Shown: piece after piece, positions 61,659 to 64,000 of the stretch
How positions within the stretch are numbered: position 1 is the stretch's first letter
Layout of the letters: every line of letters begins with the position of its first letter
Notes under the pieces: generated by a model
Databases searched by the model: none
What the model was told of the DNA's origin: nothing
What the model saw: the letters and a program-made list of their open reading frames with translations, nothing else
Translations under genes and position numbers: made by a program
Assembly: GCF_024700885.2 (NCBI RefSeq)
Contig: NZ_CP117016.1
Direction: 5' to 3' (one strand)
Length of the DNA: 64,000 bases
From: Escherichia coli
GTDB lineage: Bacteria; Pseudomonadota; Gammaproteobacteria; Enterobacterales; Enterobacteriaceae

Positions 61659-62708
61659 ATGCTTAATACTGTAAAAATATCCAGTTGTGAGTTAATCAAC
61701 GCCGACTGCCTGGAATTTATCCGGTCGTTACCCGAAAATTCTGTTGACCTGATAGTCACGGACCCGCCGTACTTTAAAGTGAAGCCTGAGGGCTGGGATA
61801 ACCAGTGGAAGGGCGACGATGATTACCTGAAGTGGCTGGACCAGTGTCTGGCGCAGTTCTGGCGGGTGCTGAAACCTGCCGGAAGTCTTTACCTGTTCTG
61901 TGGTCATCGCCTGGCATCTGATATCGAAATCATGATGCGTGAACGCTTCAGTGTGCTGAACCATATTATCTGGGCGAAGCCGTCCGGACGCTGGAACGGA
62001 TGCAACAAGGAAAGCCTGCGGGCGTATTTCCCCGCCACAGAGCGCATTCTGTTCGCGGAACATTATCAGGGGCCGTATCGTCCGAAAGATGCCGGGTATG
62101 CGGCGAAGGGCAGTGCACTGAAACAGCATGTGATGGCCCCGCTGATTTCTTACTTTCGTGATGCGCGCGCGGCCCTGGGGATAACGGCAAAACAGATTGC
62201 AGATGCCACAGGAAAGAAAAACATGGTGTCGCACTGGTTCAGTGCCAGTCAGTGGCAGCTACCGAATGAAAGCGATTATCTGAAATTACAGGCGCTGTTT
62301 GCCCGGGTGGCAGAAGAGAAGCATCGGCGTGGTGAACTGGAAAAGCTCCACCACCAGCTGGTGGATACGTATACCTCACTGAACCGGCAGTATGCGGAGC
62401 TGCTGAGTGAATATAAACATCTGCGGCGGTATTTTGGCGTGACGGTGCAGGTGCCGTATACCGATGTGTGGACGCATAAACCGGTGCAGTTCTATCCCGG
62501 GAAACATCTGTGCGAAAAACCGGCAGAAATGCTGCAGCAGATAATCAGCGCAAGCAGTCGTCCGGGTGACCTGGTTGCAGATTTTTTCATGGGGTCGGGT
62601 TCAACGGTAAAAGCGGCGATGGCACTGGGGCGTCGTGCGATTGGCGTTGAACTGGAGACCGGACGTTTTGAGCAGACAGTCAGGGAAGTTCAGGATTTAA
62701 TCGTTTGA
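61659..62708 (+). CDS. Orphan DNA methyltransferase (beta-class N6-adenine/N4-cytosine type)
   Basis: Motif IV DPPY (LIVTDPPYF) near the N-terminus and AdoMet motif I FFMGSGST near the C-terminus (beta-class order); no adjacent restriction endonuclease gene. Confidence 0.8.
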   Translation: MLNTVKISSCELINADCLEFIRSLPENSVDLIVTDPPYFKVKPEGWDNQWKGDDDYLKWLDQCLAQFWRVLKPAGSLYLFCGHRLASDIEIMMRERFSVLNHIIWAKPSGRWNGCNKESLRAYFPATERILFAEHYQGPYRPKDAGYAAKGSALKQHVMAPLISYFRDARAALGITAKQIADATGKKNMVSHWFSASQWQLPNESDYLKLQALFARVAEEKHRRGELEKLHHQLVDTYTSLNRQYAELLSEYKHLRRYFGVTVQVPYTDVWTHKPVQFYPGKHLCEKPAEMLQQIISASSRPGDLVADFFMGSGSTVKAAMALGRRAIGVELETGRFEQTVREVQDLIV

Positions 62709-62757
62709 AACGGATGAGATTGCAGAATTAATTACGCACCATTATTATTCTGCTTCC

Positions 62758-62833
62758 GGCCCTTTAGCTCAGTGGTGAGAGCGAGCGACTCATAATCGCC
62801 AGGTCGCTGGTTCAAATCCAGCAAGGGCCACCA
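62758..62833 (+). tRNA. Prophage tRNA with CAU anticodon (Ile2/lysidine-type, ileZ-like; Met not excluded)
   Basis: 76 nt folding into a cloverleaf by hand: acceptor GGCCCTT/AAGGGCC, D-stem GCTC/GAGC, anticodon loop CTCATAA, T-arm GCTGG-TTCAAAT-CCAGC, 3' ACCA. Confidence 0.8.
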
Positions 62834-62933
62834 TCACAAACCGCCATTAGCTTATCAGGAAGAGCAGACGACACGATAACAGGGTTGTTGGTGCGGGGGC
62901 GGGTCCCCGATGGCGGTCCATTATCGGTATTCA

Positions 62934-63010
62934 GCGTTGTTAGCTCAGCCGGACAGAGCAATTGCCTTCTAAGCAATCGGTCACTGGTTCGAATCCAGTA
63001 CAGCGCGCCA
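62934..63010 (+). tRNA. Prophage tRNA-Arg (UCU)
   Basis: 77 nt: acceptor GCGTTGT/ACAGCGC, D-arm TAGCTCAGCCGGACAGAGCA, anticodon loop CTTCTAA, T-arm ACTGG-TTCGAAT-CCAGT, 3' GCCA; related to argU-type tRNAs. Confidence 0.8.
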
Positions 63011-63117
63011 TATTCATTCTTCCAGATTCCTTTCGGCAGAGCCTTATACTGAAATATACCTGGCTCAGGATATTGTTGAAAATATTATATGTTTGTCAAA
63101 AATAAAAGTTCTGTTAA

Positions 63118-63474
63118 GTGTTGATTGAGTGTTTGTTATACGGTCTAATGGTTTTTTCAGCATTAAATATTTATCATTCATATGGTGTGGGTAGAGTGAA
63201 TATTGATGAGGCGTCGGGGTGTTTCATCCTTAGGCAGCGTATTGATATAGTCAATGCAGAACGAGCAAAGGCCTTCAGCCGTTTGACAGTTTTGTTCTGT
63301 ACTCCTGATCGTCTTTCGGGAAGAGACGTTATTATTCTGAATAGTGATGCTATACAGAGGGTTTGCGATGAGTTCATGGTGGCTAATTCAGAATTATTTG
63401 CTCTTGTTCAGGAGTACAACAGAATAGCCAGGACCTGTGGTATGGATGAACTTCGGATTACTCATCTGGGGTAG
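63118..63474 (+). CDS. Hypothetical AT-rich cargo ORF (118 aa) in the post-tRNA slot
   Basis: ORF directly downstream of the tRNA pair; low GC; no recognisable motif (MLIECLLYGLMVFSALNIYHSYGVGRVNIDEASGCFILRQRIDIVNAERAK...). Start uncertain (alternative Met at 63148). Confidence 0.4.
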   Translation: MLIECLLYGLMVFSALNIYHSYGVGRVNIDEASGCFILRQRIDIVNAERAKAFSRLTVLFCTPDRLSGRDVIILNSDAIQRVCDEFMVANSELFALVQEYNRIARTCGMDELRITHLG

Positions 63475-64000
63475 ATACATATCTGGATTATCACCGGTTA
63501 CGGTAAAAAGTGATTGCTTACTGTTTTTGTGAATGGCATTGCAGCAGCCGGATAATGTCAGTGCTGGCTGACGGTGTGCTGGTGGCGGGTGTGGTGGTTG
63601 CTGCTTTCCCGTTGCTGAAAAAGAAAACGCCAGACTGTTAGCCGGGTATCAGTTAGCGGGAGAAATTTTTAAATACTTCACAATTCAGGCGGTTGACTGT
63701 TGTCTGGTTTGCGGGGAGTTTGTTAAAAGAAACTGGCATGGTGAATCCCCCTGTGCGGAGGGGCAATCAGCGAGTAGGTATATGGGATAATCGCGGATTC
63801 AGGTGCTGGTACTGAATTCACCGGGAGGCACCCGGCACCATGCAATGGCACATAGCGCCACTCTCCAGCCCCTCTCCGGAGGGGCTGTTTATATTGATTT
63901 TGTCAGATGTGAGTAAACTCCTTATGGACTTTGTTGTTTTAGCCCATAAGGACATATTTGCAGAGTGCAACGGTTATTAAAGCATTCATTCAATACGTTA

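Larger units (their letters stand above)
44661..64000. mobile_element. Lambdoid (Rac/Qin-like) prophage, left part, integrated immediately downstream of ompW; right end lies beyond the window
   Basis: From 44706 onward the K-12 gene order (ompW followed by yciE) is replaced by int, xis, Rha, cI/cro, O-like/DnaC-like replication genes, hok, rusA, a Q-like gene and tRNAs in the canonical lambdoid order. Confidence 0.9.

Noticed and set aside
62834-62933. Possible third tRNA between the two prophage tRNAs (as in ileZ-argN-argO arrays)
   Set aside because: I could not fold the 100-bp spacer into a cloverleaf with acceptor and T-arm pairing; at most a decayed remnant.

Overview
The window is an Escherichia coli-type chromosome segment. 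Positions 1-44660 are conserved core genome in K-12 order: sirB2', sirB1, kdsA, two ldr/rdl type I toxin-antitoxin repeat units, chaA, chaB, chaC, ychN, ychO, narL, narX, narK, narGHJI, the tyrT/tyrV tRNA-Tyr locus with four 178-bp rtT repeats, purU, ychJ, rssA, rssB, galU, hns, tdk, adhE, ychE, oppABCDF, yciU, clsA, yciY, kch, yciI, tonB, yciA, yciB, yciC and ompW. From 44661 to the window end lies the left ~19 kb of a lambdoid (Rac/Qin-like) prophage inserted just downstream of ompW: int, xis, a large DnaQ-like exonuclease protein, small unknown ORFs, a Rha-family regulator, a DicF-like sRNA, a cI/cro immunity switch, a YdaT-like gene, an O-like initiator with internal iterons, a DnaC-like loader, a Nudix-HAD hydrolase pair, a hok toxin, a DUF968-like gene, rusA, a Q-like antiterminator, an orphan DNA methyltransferase, two tRNAs (CAU and Arg-UCU) and unknown cargo. 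No CRISPR array or IS element was seen. The best candidates for undescribed biology are all inside the prophage: the Nudix-HAD cargo pair with an adjacent SD-driven 29-aa hydrophobic peptide next to hok, the small-gene module directly downstream of the repressor (RexAB-equivalent position) ending in DicF without dicB, and the 118-aa ORF in the post-tRNA slot that holds stx in Stx phages. All calls are from reading the sequence and recalled family knowledge; no database search was run.
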